This document shows positions 20,634-44,993 of a DNA stretch of 64,000 bases, in pieces (positions within the stretch are counted from its first letter, which is position 1; the number at the start of each line of letters is the position of its first letter). The DNA is from Salpingoeca rosetta (Eukaryota; Protista; Choanoflagellata): NCBI GenBank assembly GCA_033442325.1, contig JAWQFM010000001.1, positions 382,966 to 446,965 on the forward strand, read 5' to 3'. The position numbers were made by a program, and so were the translations under genes. Under the pieces are notes generated by a model. The model searched no databases and had not been told where the DNA came from. It saw nothing but the letters and a program-made list of their open reading frames with translations.

Positions 20634-20744
20634 CAATGTGTGTGTTTTGCAGTGGCTGTCGATAACCCACGATGTCACAAAGGTACACTGTATCTGTTGC
20701 ATCCCTTGTCCATGCTCCAAAGACCTAACTACTGCTTTCCGTGA
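19114..20744 (+). CDS. Hypothetical low-complexity protein (Arg/Ser-rich N-terminus, acidic stretch), multi-exon
   Basis: Phase-compatible exons at about 19114-19593, 19842-20077 and 20244-20577 with non-repetitive coding-like sequence. No domain recognised; both ends are uncertain. Confidence 0.55.
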
Positions 20745-21157
20745 CTTCCGCCCTTCTTGAACTGCTCATTAGGTGTCCACAGGGAAACGCCACTGGTGGG
20801 CCGACACGTGTTGTTCGTGGATTATGTCGTGTTGCGGTGTTGTGTGGATCAGTGGACACTGGACACAAAGCATGACACCCACCAAAACACACACACACTC
20901 TCATACACACACACACTCACACACACTCACACACACTCTCTCACACACACACACACACACATGCACTTGTTCGTCCGCACGCCACGTGCCATGATAGGGC
21001 CGCGAAACGGCGATGATGATGGAGAACAGATGGCTGGCCATGACAATCAAGAAAACAAAGGAAGACTTCACAAGGGTCCCAGAGCCACCCAACATGTCCA
21101 AACTCGACCTAAACTGCTGAAGCTCCCCGCATGCACCCGGCTGTTCATGCCACACAG

Positions 21158-21247
<90 letters not shown>

Positions 21248-21567
21248 CCTGTCACAGCCCACCAAGGTTACGTACACGTACATAATAACGGCTTTATTGT
21301 ATCACGACGACCAGCGTGGGCCGTCGTGGTCATCACAAACAACGCAATACAAACGGCATGCGAAAGCAATTGCGCTCCCAACATCGCTACTACTCGCAAG
21401 CAGCCGCAGCACATACACAACGTACGCAACACAGAATCCATGCATATCCATGTAACAATACAGCACACCCGCTCATACGTTTAAGGGAGGGGACAGAAGC
21501 AAACACTTGAAACGGACGGTAACACGCAGTAGGGTCTTGCTTTCGGTTCACGCACGGCGTCGCACGG

Positions 21568-23249
21568 TCAAATGCCAGGAACACGCGGTGAGACACAGGT
21601 GGCCAGCGAATTCTTGAGTTGCTCCTTGGCTGTAATGGCCACAACGCAGGTAAAGGGCGCACGTGAGCACGCGGGTTCTCAAGGCAAACACGACAGCACA
21701 AGCCAAGGTATGCGCGCGCGCACAGACATACACACGCAAACATCCACACACGCACATACACACGCAAACATCCACACATACAGGCATACAGACACAGACA
21801 CACACGCCAACACACCTTGTTTTTGGTAGTCGAAGGAACAGTCGTGCTTATCACTGTATCTGCACTTTGCACAAAACTGGCCCTCACACCGACAGGTGTA
21901 GGGAAACTTGAGCTTGGCATTGCACCACTCACACCGCAGGCCCGCCTTGCGCTTTTTGCCTTTCTTCCCTTCTGTCGCAGCCGACGCCTTGCTGGCAACA
22001 TGATGATGCTCTTGCTGGCGGAACCCGTGTTGCTGCCGCTGCTGCTGCTGTGCACGCGAAGATGACGATGACGATGGCATTGCGGCGGCAACAGCGGCCC
22101 CCTCAGACTTGGCAGAGAGCGGGTGTTGGTGATGCATGCTGGCAGGCATCCCAGGTGCAAGGGATGCACGCGTGTGAGGCGCCTCACCGCTGTCACGGCC
22201 GTTCACGCCATGCTGCGTTGCCTGCGCCACACACCACGACGACAGAGACCGCTTTCGACGCGCTGGATGCTGGAAGTGCTGTTGGTGCTGCTGGCGCGAT
22301 GGCGGGTGTTGGAGGGACGGCAGAGGCGGCAGGCCCCGCTCACATGTTCCTGGCTGCGGCGGCGCGCGCAGCATGTCTGGCAAAGCGGGGTCACCATATT
22401 GTTGTTGTCGCTGCTGCTGCTGCTGTTGACGGTAAGGCTGGTGCTGTTGGGGGTGCGGCTCCGTGTGTGACGATTGCAGATTGAAGCGTCTGTGCCAGTG
22501 CCCACCACGCATACCCACACCATCGTCACCACCACCACCACCACCACCATTACCACCTTGATGGTGCGGTCTGGATGGCAGGAGGGCAGGCAGTTTTGGC
22601 GATGGCGCCGCAGTTCCGGCTGTCGATGACGACTGCGATGAGGATGCTGGGCCAGGCTGTGGTGGACGCGGCAGGTGTCGCACACGCCGCCGCCCGCTCT
22701 TGCTCGCACTCGATCTTCGCGTGCCCGGCGCAGGCGATGGCGCTGTGGTGGTTGCAGGGGTGTGCACGCCCTTCACAGGGGAGAGGAGGCGCGGTGGAGG
22801 GAACACGCGCCCGTTGCCCGCAGTATTGCTGGCGTGCTGGGGTGGCAGCTTGTGCGACTGTGACGGGTGATGGTGCGGTCGACGGTGATAAGATGCAGCC
22901 GCTTCCTGTTGCTGCTGCTGCCTTTGGTGTTGCTGGTGTCGCGCGACGAGATCCGACATGGAAGGGGGCACGGGCTTGCGCTTGGGAGGGTGGACCAGAA
23001 TTCCAGCGGACACGTGCGCACGCGCCTGCATGGCCGGCAGCGCGGCGCCGTTCGCATCGACGTCCTCCTGCGCGTTTGAGGAGGAGTGGCGACGGCGGTG
23101 GCTGCCCGGGCGCTGCGTGATGGACAGGCGCTTGGAGGATGAGGATGGGGAGAAGAAGGAGGAGGAGGAGGAGGAGGAGGAGGAGGACGCGGAATGCAGG
23201 CGTGATTGCGATGCCGGGGGCGAGGGTAACGTGTGTGATTCTGGCGGTA

Positions 23250-23295
<46 letters not shown>

Positions 23296-23650
23296 CTGCT
23301 GCTGCTGTTGCTGCGTTATGGCTGGTGGTGCATCGTGATCCGTGTCCATCCGTGCAGTCACGTGGGGTGCAGGTGTTGCCGTGTGCACGTGCTGCTCAGA
23401 CTGGACGTGGTGGTGACTGTGGTGACTGTGGTAGTGGCGGTGGTCGGCACTGGTGAGGGCAGCGCGACCGCCTCTGCTGAGCGGCGAGAAATGCGACTGC
23501 AGGATGGCGCGATCCCACGGCCGAGGACCAGCACAGTACATGTGCATCTCATCCTCTCCACCATCATCGCCGCGGCGGGCCCCTGCACAACACAGTGCGC
23601 CGTCACTCATTGCAGTGTCGTCCTCGTCTTGATACTCAGCGTCGACTCTC

Positions 23651-23733
<83 letters not shown>

Positions 23734-25373
23734 GTCGTCGTCGTCGTCGTCATCATCATCATCGCATTCATCAACATAATCGTATGGGTATTGCACGCCT
23801 GCATGCCTGCCATCAACACCACCGTAATCACCATAATCATCGCAATCATCAGCATCGTCGTCATCATAATCGTGGCGATTGCAGTTGCCGTCATTGTGTG
23901 CGTCATCGGCAAGCTCAACCTCCTCAACAAAGCCGTGCAGCGTGGTGCCATATTGATGGCGCGCATCGGACAGACCGCTGCGTCGAGCGCCACCCGCACG
24001 CGAGCACGCCGCACTTGATGCGATGGAAGGGTGACGGGCACACTCACAGTGGCAGCAATGCGTGGGATGGTGTTCACACGCGTGTTGGCCGCAAGGTGTC
24101 CGCACGCCATCTACTCCAGCAGAGGTGTAGTGCGTCGCCGCTGCCGCTGCTGCACGTGTCGATGAGGAGGAGGGTGGTAGTGGTGGTTGAGGCTCGTGCT
24201 TGCACGGCAGAGGGCGAACAAGGTTGCTGTTGCCTTCGCGCGTGTGTGCACGCGAGCACGCCACCGATGGCGCTGCTGATGAATACATGTGCAGATACTG
24301 CATGGAGATGGGGCTCGGTGTCATGGACGCCTGGGGCACGTGCAAGCTGTCAATCCACGAGCGGGACACGACGCGCTGGTGGGGTGGGACGTCTGGGGAC
24401 CGCGGGCGCTGTTGCGTCGACGGCGGTGAGCGATGGCGATAGCCAGAGAGGCCCAGCTCGCCGTGTGCAGGTGCTGCTGCAGTTGATGTGCGGGACACCT
24501 GCTGGCTGATGGACGCGTGTGGTTTGCGTCCTGTTCGCCCCGGTATCATTGGCGATGGTTTGTGGTTGGTCGCCGCCGTTGTAGGCGCTGTTGCCGAAGA
24601 CCCCGGTGTTGGGTATGGCAGTGAACATGTCATGGACATGGCGCGCCTGTGTTGGTGTTGGTGCTGCTGGACCGGCGCGTGTTCTTGCTGGTGGTTATCG
24701 TGCCGTTGTTGATGTTGTTGTTGTTGCTGTTGTTGTTGGTGGTGGTGATAGTACAGGCAGGCGTGTGGTAGGGCTGAGGATCGGTTGCTCTGTGCAGATT
24801 CGGGACCAGCGTAAGCGCTTTCTGGATCCTGCGTCGGTGGTAGTGCTGACATATCTGCGCTGCCAACGTTTGCACACGCCGCAGTTGCCTCTGGTGAGGC
24901 CGAGTGGCGATGAAGGTGGTGATGATGGTGGTGATGTTGACTGTCACTGGCACAGCCCGCCGTCGTGACGCCATCACCGGCACCTTCACCCTCACCATCA
25001 GCAGCCGCTGTCATCGTTGTGCGGTGCTTCTTGTGCTTGCGCCTCTGCTTTTTCTCGTTCATGCGCATGCGAAGCTCAGCCATGCGCAGGCGATGGCGCG
25101 TGTTCTCCTGCAGGCGATCAAGCCGTCGTGCCAGCTGCTTCGATGCGCGCCGCCACCCGTGCGGGTCGAGCGGGTCTGCTGGGGGCGTGTCGCGGCTGTG
25201 CAGGTGCTGGTTGCGACTCGTGCTCCGAGATGGCAGCTGTCACGTGGTGTGTGTGTGTGTGTTTGTTTGTATGTGTGTGTGAGAGAGAGAGAGAATGTGT
25301 GTGTTCGTGTGCGTGTGTTTGTTTGTTTGTTTGATTGTTTGTATGTGTGTGTGTTTGTTTGGTTGTGGTGTCG

Positions 25374-25425
<52 letters not shown>

Positions 25426-26501
25426 AATGTTGAGCGGTGCCTTCTTGTGAGATTTGTTGCAAGGGTCTCACAACGCATGATGTGGGTATTCACAACAAAC
25501 GTCGCTCTTCCGGACACCTTTCACAACGTCCTATTCCCTGTCCACCCGCACAAATACGTACACACGCGCTTGTTACCTGGTAGACAGAGAGGCCGTCTGT
25601 GTCGTGGTAGAAAAGGAGTTGGGCGTTGTCGTCTGCAAGTGATGCCAGCAGGTGCAGGTACGCTTCCTCATCAAGGTCGAGCAAGCGCAGCATGTCAGAC
25701 TCTGCCTGCGAGTCGTAATCTGCACGCCAAAGTTCGCATTGGATGGAGTGTGTGTGTGTGTGAGAGAGAGAGTGTGTGTGTGTGAGTGTGTGTGTGTGAG
25801 TGTGTGTGTGAGAGAGACAGAGAGAGAGTGTGTGTGTGTGAGTGTGTTCGGGTAAGAATGTACAGGATGGAGGCAACGTGGACGCATTCTCGGGTTAAGC
25901 TGTGCACACGCGTCGACCCGGACACAGTGACAGACAGACAGACAGACAGACAGCCAGGCAGGCAGATAGACAGACAGACAGACACACACAGACGTCGATT
26001 TGCGTTCACAATTATTGTTTTTTGAACTGACAGGATGTCGTAATATCTGGCGGGAGGTGTGCGTTTGTGACGGCAGTGTTGACGGAGAGGACGAGGGTGA
26101 GTGCATCGCCATCATTGACGCCTGCACTGCGAAGGGTCTGTGTATCCGAGAGCGCGGCATCGCGGAAGATGAGCGATTGTTGCGGCACGGGTATCTCCTG
26201 GATCACCGCAATCAACTCCTTCACTTGTGACACCTGCGTGTATGTGTGTGTGTGTGTGCGTGCGTGTTGCAGATGTTAGTGACGTACTACTGTGTTGTTG
26301 TCCTCACATCTGACACCGTCCTGTTCACTTGCCAGCGCACTCACCAAATCAATTCCTGGCACTCCACGCCTTCACCTGACACCACCACCACCCACCACCG
26401 CAGCCCCTGTCTACTCAAACCCCACGTTCACGAACCGTAATGTCTGGCTGCAAGAGCATGCTGAAGGCACCGCCAAGCAGCGTGTTGATGACGACGCGCA
26501 T
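21568..26501 (-). CDS. ZFAND4: Ubiquitin-like + AN1 zinc finger protein (ZFAND4/ANUBL1-like)
   Basis: N-terminal UBL (MRVVINTLLGGAFSMLLQPDIT|VSQVKELIAVIQEIPVPQQSLIF..GDALTLVL), then ENTRHRLRMAELRMRM, a long low-complexity linker, and a C-terminal AN1 finger CEWC..CRC..FCAKCRYSDKHDCSFDY followed by AKEQLKNSLATCVSPRVPGI*. Confidence 0.85.
23652..23763 (-). repeat. Coding (GAT/GAC)n tract encoding poly-Asp in the ZFAND4-like gene
   Basis: (TCA)n on the plus strand, in frame on the minus strand. Confidence 0.9.
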
Positions 26502-26830
26502 GGTTGATTTGCATGCAAACAAGGGAGATACACCTCCAGCTCACGCTCGCGTGCGTGCGTGCACGAGTGTGCGAGAGGGAAAAGTGTGCGATTGTCTCAA
26601 AATGGACGCCCCCTACCCCCAAAGCAGCACAGCCACGGCGTGTGGGTGAGAGCCGGTGTGCCTGGTCTGTCTGATCGCTGGTGGTTGGTTGGTTCGTTTT
26701 GATTGGTTGGTTGGTTGGTTGGTGGGTTGGTTGGTGGGTTGGTAGTGCAGCGGAACGGTGAGGACAGGAAACGGTGGGGAGTGGGCCCAGTTTGGTGTGT
26801 TGCCGCCGTTGATGATTTGCAAGTGAAGCA

Positions 26831-26891
<61 letters not shown>

Positions 26892-28409
26892 CACAGTGAG
26901 TGCACGGCGAGAGCGATTGAGAGCAAGATGTGCTGTTGTGAGACTGCAGCGCTCACGAGCCAACAGACGAGTCGTCGCCAACAATCATCACACACAAAAC
27001 AAAGCTAAACAATGGTAACAGCAAAGGGCAGACGTGGACAAGGCAATGCCCCATCGTGACCACACACACATACACACACAGACCAAGCACAATGGCAAGG
27101 GTGTGCGTGTAGTCCAAGCAGCCAGGCACGAACACATCAACCCCATAAACACATCAAAACACAAACACACACACACACACACAGACATTGGGAACCAACT
27201 GCTGCTGTGTCTCCTACCCTTATCTGGCGGTGGTGTCGTCCTTGGATCGTTTTGTCTCTCTCTCTCTCTCTTGTTGTGAATGCCGAAGCGCACAAAGGAG
27301 AGGACAGAGGGGCGAGGGAAAGGCACGCACACACACACACACACACACACACAAGAGACAGGCAGGCAGGCAGCACGACAAAGAGCAGGAAGGAAGGACA
27401 AGCCCCAAAGACCCCCCAAGCCCCCAAGCAAGCAAGAAAGAAGGCACAAGCAAACAAGGAAGAAAGCAAGAAGGCGGCCTTGCTTGTCGGGGGTGGCGTT
27501 GTGCGTTGTTTGTTGCGCGCTTGTTGTTGTTGTGTTTGTGTTTCTGCAACGCTGCTGCTTGTTGTGCTTGTGCCATTTTTTTTTTCTTGTTGTTGGCGCA
27601 CTGGCTGGTATTGATGAAGATATTGCTAGATTTCTCCGCATATAACTTCGCAACTACACGCTTCCGTTCGCGCAGGTAGGAGTGGTAACGACATGTCAGG
27701 TTTCTCGTGGCCGTCAGCGATTTTGTTCGTTCGTTGGTTGCCCGCAGGCTGCAAAGCAAAACAACTGCCTGCAAGCAAGCAAGCAACGGTTCCACAGGCA
27801 GTCAGTCAAGTCAGGCAGGAAGCGGTTGGTCGTGGTTGGTTGGTTGCTGCACGCACAGCACAGCGCACAGAACAGCGCACAGCGCACAGCGCACACTCTC
27901 ACTCAGCGCACAACAACAGCAACGCGCGTGTTGGTGTAGGTGTGTTGGTCTTGTTCGTCGGTGTTTCATTCTTGGCGCAACAAACAAAACAAGCAGGCAA
28001 AGAGAAAGCCAGGCCAGCCAGCACGTCAAGCTGATACGAAGCAGGACCCAGAAAGAAAGGGTTGGTGCAGACCTACGCATGCGCATCCAATCCAACCAGC
28101 ACACGCACACGCACACGCGCACACACACGCACACGCACACGCACACACGCATCCAATCCAACCAAGTCCCGACCCGAGCACTTTGCATCTTGCTTGCAAC
28201 TCTGAGGGCGGTTAGTCTGGCGCTCGTACCGTTGTCACTCCCATCAAGTGAGCTGGTGCGCTGTTTTCTTGCATGAGCATTGCCTCCAGTTCCCATCCCT
28301 CCTCGTTTGCTTGCCACCACCCTTCCTTTCATCCCCTCAGCCCTTCACACCATTTCCCATTTCCCCACCCTGCTTTGTGCTCCTCGGCACGCCCTTTTTT
28401 CTTGTGCCC

Positions 28410-31020
<2,611 letters not shown>

Positions 31021-31895
31021 GGCTCGAAAGCAATTGGGTTGGAACAGGGGTTCTTTGAACATTAGCAATTGAGAGCGTGTGTGTGTTCTACGAGTGTGTG
31101 TGCGTGTGCGTGTGCGAGGCACTGGCGACAGTAATGTGAGACTGCAGTGATGACTCAAGAGTGTCGTAGAATCAGAAAGCAAGCATTGCCATGTGTATGT
31201 CGTGTTGTTGTGTTGATAGGATGTGACCGCCACCTTTGTGCTGTGTCCGTGTTCGCTTCGCGCTTTACCCATCAGAGTGAGTCTTTTTTTTGTCAAAACG
31301 GCAGACGAGCACAATACACGTGAGTCATGCCAGCAGCGCAAGCGACAGCGAATGTGCGGGTGTGCTGGCGTGCATGCATGGCTTATGTTGGGAGTCCGTG
31401 AGTCAGCGTTGGTCAACGCTCTCAGGGAAGACACGACAGGCAAGGCAAAGGTAAGAACAAAAGGCAGCACGTGCATATGTACACAGACACAGTGCAGCCG
31501 GAACGCGAGAAGAAGAAAGAAAGAAGTGAAGGAGGAGAAGGAGGAGAAGGAGGAGAAGGAGAAGAAGAAGGAGAAGAAGAAAAACAGCAAGACACGAAAG
31601 CACGGTCCAATCAGGCGACGTTGGGCAGGCAGAAAAAGCAAACAGCGGGGCAATACTAATGCCCCGCGCACTGGGCAGCGCCACGATAACAGGAGGGCTG
31701 GGGGAGGGGCAAAGAGCAAGGCACTGCCGATCACACATACACACATCACAGAGTGCAGGGCTGAAAACCCATTGTAGTGCAGCAGAGGAAGCAGGAGGAA
31801 CCACACACACACAGACACAGACACAGACACACAGACACACATAGACACACACACACACACACACACAGACACACACACACACAGACACAGACACA

Positions 31896-31932
<37 letters not shown>

Positions 31933-31977
31933 ACATGCGCAGTGCAAGAGGACCGCTCGCCATACCGCGCCGTGCAG

Positions 31978-33068
31978 CTATTTTGGTTGGCGAACTGTCT
32001 TGTGCACCACTTGTGTCGCCGAGCCGCCAACCTCACGCCTGACACGCGTGAGCGTTTCCACCCAGTCCTGAAACACATCCTTGTCTGATATGCCGGGCTT
32101 GTCGCTGGTGCATTCAATCTCAAGCAAGCGGTCGTTCCCGAGCACGAGCGTAAACGCCGTGTTGTCCGTGCGTTGCGGGAAGGAGATTTCCCGCAGCTTG
32201 CCAAGATGCACATAGTCAACCTCCTCTCCATCCACCTGTCCGAGAAAACACAGAGCGTGAGTGAGAGAGAGGGGGGGGGGGAGAGACAGTGTGTGTGTGT
32301 GTGAGTGAGTGAGTGAGTGAATGTGTGAATGTGTGAATGTGTGTGAGTGAGTCAATGTACAAGTGGGTGTGACACTATCAGCACACACACCGACAGACAG
32401 ACAGACAGACAGACAGACAGGCAGGCAGACAGACAGGCAGGCAGGCAGACATACAGACAGACAGACAGACAGAAACAAGAGCAAGGAGAAACGAAAACAA
32501 AACGCACCTCCTTGTACCAGGTGAGGAGAGCACCCTCAAGCACGAAGAAGTACCGCAGAGGCTTGAGCTTCTTGAAGGAGAAGCGGCGTCCAAGGGATTT
32601 GACACCGGACATCTTCTTCCGATCAGGCAGCACGGTGAGCCACGCGCTCTTGTCGCCGCGCTCGGGTGCATACTCCAGCGTCTTGATGGGAGCTGTGGCG
32701 GGCCCAAGTGTCGTGCCTGCCTCGTTCTTGGCCACCATGCGAAACACGTACTCTGTGCTTGGCTTCAGGCCATCCACGCTACCAAAGTTGTTGTCAAGCG
32801 GGTCCTTGACGGTGGTGGACTTGCCCCCGCCGCTGGGTGTGGTGTCAAAGCCTCCTTCGAACCCAGGGAACGCGGGCATCGCTTGCAGCTTCACCTCGTG
32901 GATGACCTGCCCTTGCAACGATGGCCATTTCAGGGTGATGCTGTCGGACCTGCGCCTGTCCTCCACTTCTCCTGGCACCTCCAAGATGGGCTTCACATTT
33001 GGGTCACCTTGCGCCGCCTGCGTCTCATCAAACCCAAAGAAGCCATAGTCCAAGTCGTCCTCAGCCAT
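31978..33068 (-). CDS. Small fibronectin type III + PH domain protein, 2 exons
   Basis: FN3 motifs SDSITLKW and VDGLKPSTEYVFRMVAKNEAG; PH motifs KSAWL, RYFFVLEGALLTWYKE and FQDWVETL; one phase-0 intron at about 32236-32507. Confidence 0.85.
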
Positions 33069-33088
33069 GATGTGGGCGTGTGTGTGTG

Positions 33089-33089
<1 letters not shown>

Positions 33090-33176
<87 letters not shown>

Positions 33177-33208
33177 GCTGTTGTTGTTGTTGTTGTTGTT
33201 GTTGTTGT
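33090..33208 (+). repeat. (TTG)n/(CAA)n microsatellite just upstream of the FN3-PH start codon
   Basis: Direct inspection. Confidence 0.95.
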
Positions 33209-33601
33209 CGTCGTCGATGTCTGCTGCTGTTGTTGCTGTTGCAATTGTCGCCGTCACTGCCGGTACTGCGATTCGTGTTGCTGCTGCCTGCTGTGGGTTG
33301 TTGCAGAGAGATGTGCCAGCGCGATCACAGTGTCACATCAAGTGGTCGCAACCCCACTCATCAACCAACCAAGCCCCGCCAACACGCACAAACACAAACA
33401 ACCAAGCTTGGCGGTGACGTTTGCCTTGTATTGCCGATAATTGGCGAATAATTCCCATCACTTTTCCGTATCCACACGAGTGAAGCCAGCCAGTGCAGGT
33501 CGCTCGTTCGCGCACAGCAGTCTGCCTCCTTTCTCCCTCCTCGCTTGCTTTCTTGTGTGTGTGTGTTGCGTGAGTGTGTGACGAGAGAGCCAGCACCAGT
33601 C

Positions 33602-43623
<10,022 letters not shown>

Positions 43624-44101
43624 GCACGCCGGGTGATTGTGCGATTGTGTGCATGTGTGGTTCTGTTGCGTGACTGTGTGATTGTGTGGTTGTGGTTCTG
43701 TTTTGGGTGCTGGCATGCGTTTGTGTTCGCATTGGTGCGGTTCTTGCTTGGTCTCTACTACTTGGCATGTTTACGGGCGGTGTGTGTGTGTGTGTGTGAT
43801 GGTCAGCAAGAACAAATAAAGGTGTCGTTGTGTACCACTGAACTGAACTGAACTGAACTTAACTGGGAGCTCAGCGGGTCAATCAAGCACAAGCAGGCGA
43901 CACACGGCGCTGAACAACACGTGTGCTGAATGAACAAGGCGTGTGCTGAACAAGGCGTGTGCTGAACAAGGCGTGTGCTGAACACACATGCCCCCCCCCC
44001 CTCACACACACATGCACACACACGCATGCATGCACACGCAGCCGCTGCTGTGAATCCTAAGCTGAGGTGGTAGTGTTGGGGCAACTTGATGGCGACGGCG
44101 G

Positions 44102-44685
44102 TTATGCGGCTTTCTTGTCCTCTGGGGCGCGTGTGAAGACTTGGATGGAGTGCATGCCGGCGACCTCCTCCTTGAGGGCAGACTGCACGAGCCGGTGCTG
44201 CTTGATGGTCGGCAGGCCTCGGAACGCCTCGGACTCAACCGAGACGCGGAACGCAGACCCGCACCCGCCTTGATGAGTGTGCGTGCGTACGTGAATGGGA
44301 GTGCGAGTGTGAGTGGGAACGTAAGGATGGGGGAGGGGCATAGACACAGGCATAGACAGACATAGACAGACACACGCAGAGACACACAGACACAGACACG
44401 CAGAAGCAGGCACAGACACACAGACACAGGCACAGACACACACACAGGCACACACACAGACACAGACACAGACACACATAGACAAACAAAGAACTAACCT
44501 GACTGGTCCACGACTTGCACGTGGTCTGTGTTAAACTCCTTCTTGAGCTTGGATGCCATGGTCGCCTCCAGCTGCGTCTCCCGCAGCACGCGGCCAACCT
44601 GAAGCTGCAACAGCCACGACAGCAGTCCACATGATGATGTCAGAGCCAACACAGACACAGGCAGGTAAACACAGACACAAGAATG

Positions 44686-44729
<44 letters not shown>

Positions 44730-44778
44730 TGCTGCACGCCAGACTGACCTGTCTCGTCCACACGGCTGCGCGCCTCAT
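44102..44778 (-). CDS. BOLA3: BolA-family protein (BOLA3-like), 3 exons, with an Arg-rich N-terminus that may target mitochondria
   Basis: Spliced sequence VVDQSG|GCGSAFRVSVESEAFRGLPTIKQHRLVQSALKEEVAGMHSIQVFT contains the SGGCG motif. Confidence 0.85.
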
Positions 44779-44993
44779 ATTTGGCCCTGCCGTATTGCTT
44801 GTTGTTTAGTTTGTGCTGCTGCGTTTTTTCTGCGCGTCGTTCACGCATTCTCACACACCAGACAAGAAGCAGACAAGCACCGATTGCCGACAACAACGGC
44901 CAAGCAACAAGCACGCTCACACTCTCACACCCCCCTTCCCTTCCCTTCCCTTCCCCCCCTCCTTTCCCCACACTCCCCACGCACCAGGACAGG

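Noticed and set aside
27590-27720. Non-repetitive island with a box-C-like TGATGA between two divergent genes
   Set aside because: No box D or terminal stem was found and there is no convincing ORF; probably promoter or UTR sequence
31223-31777. K/E-rich 184-aa ORF between the PDZ and FN3-PH genes
   Set aside because: It is driven by GAA/GGA repeats in convergent 3' regions and has no domain or good start
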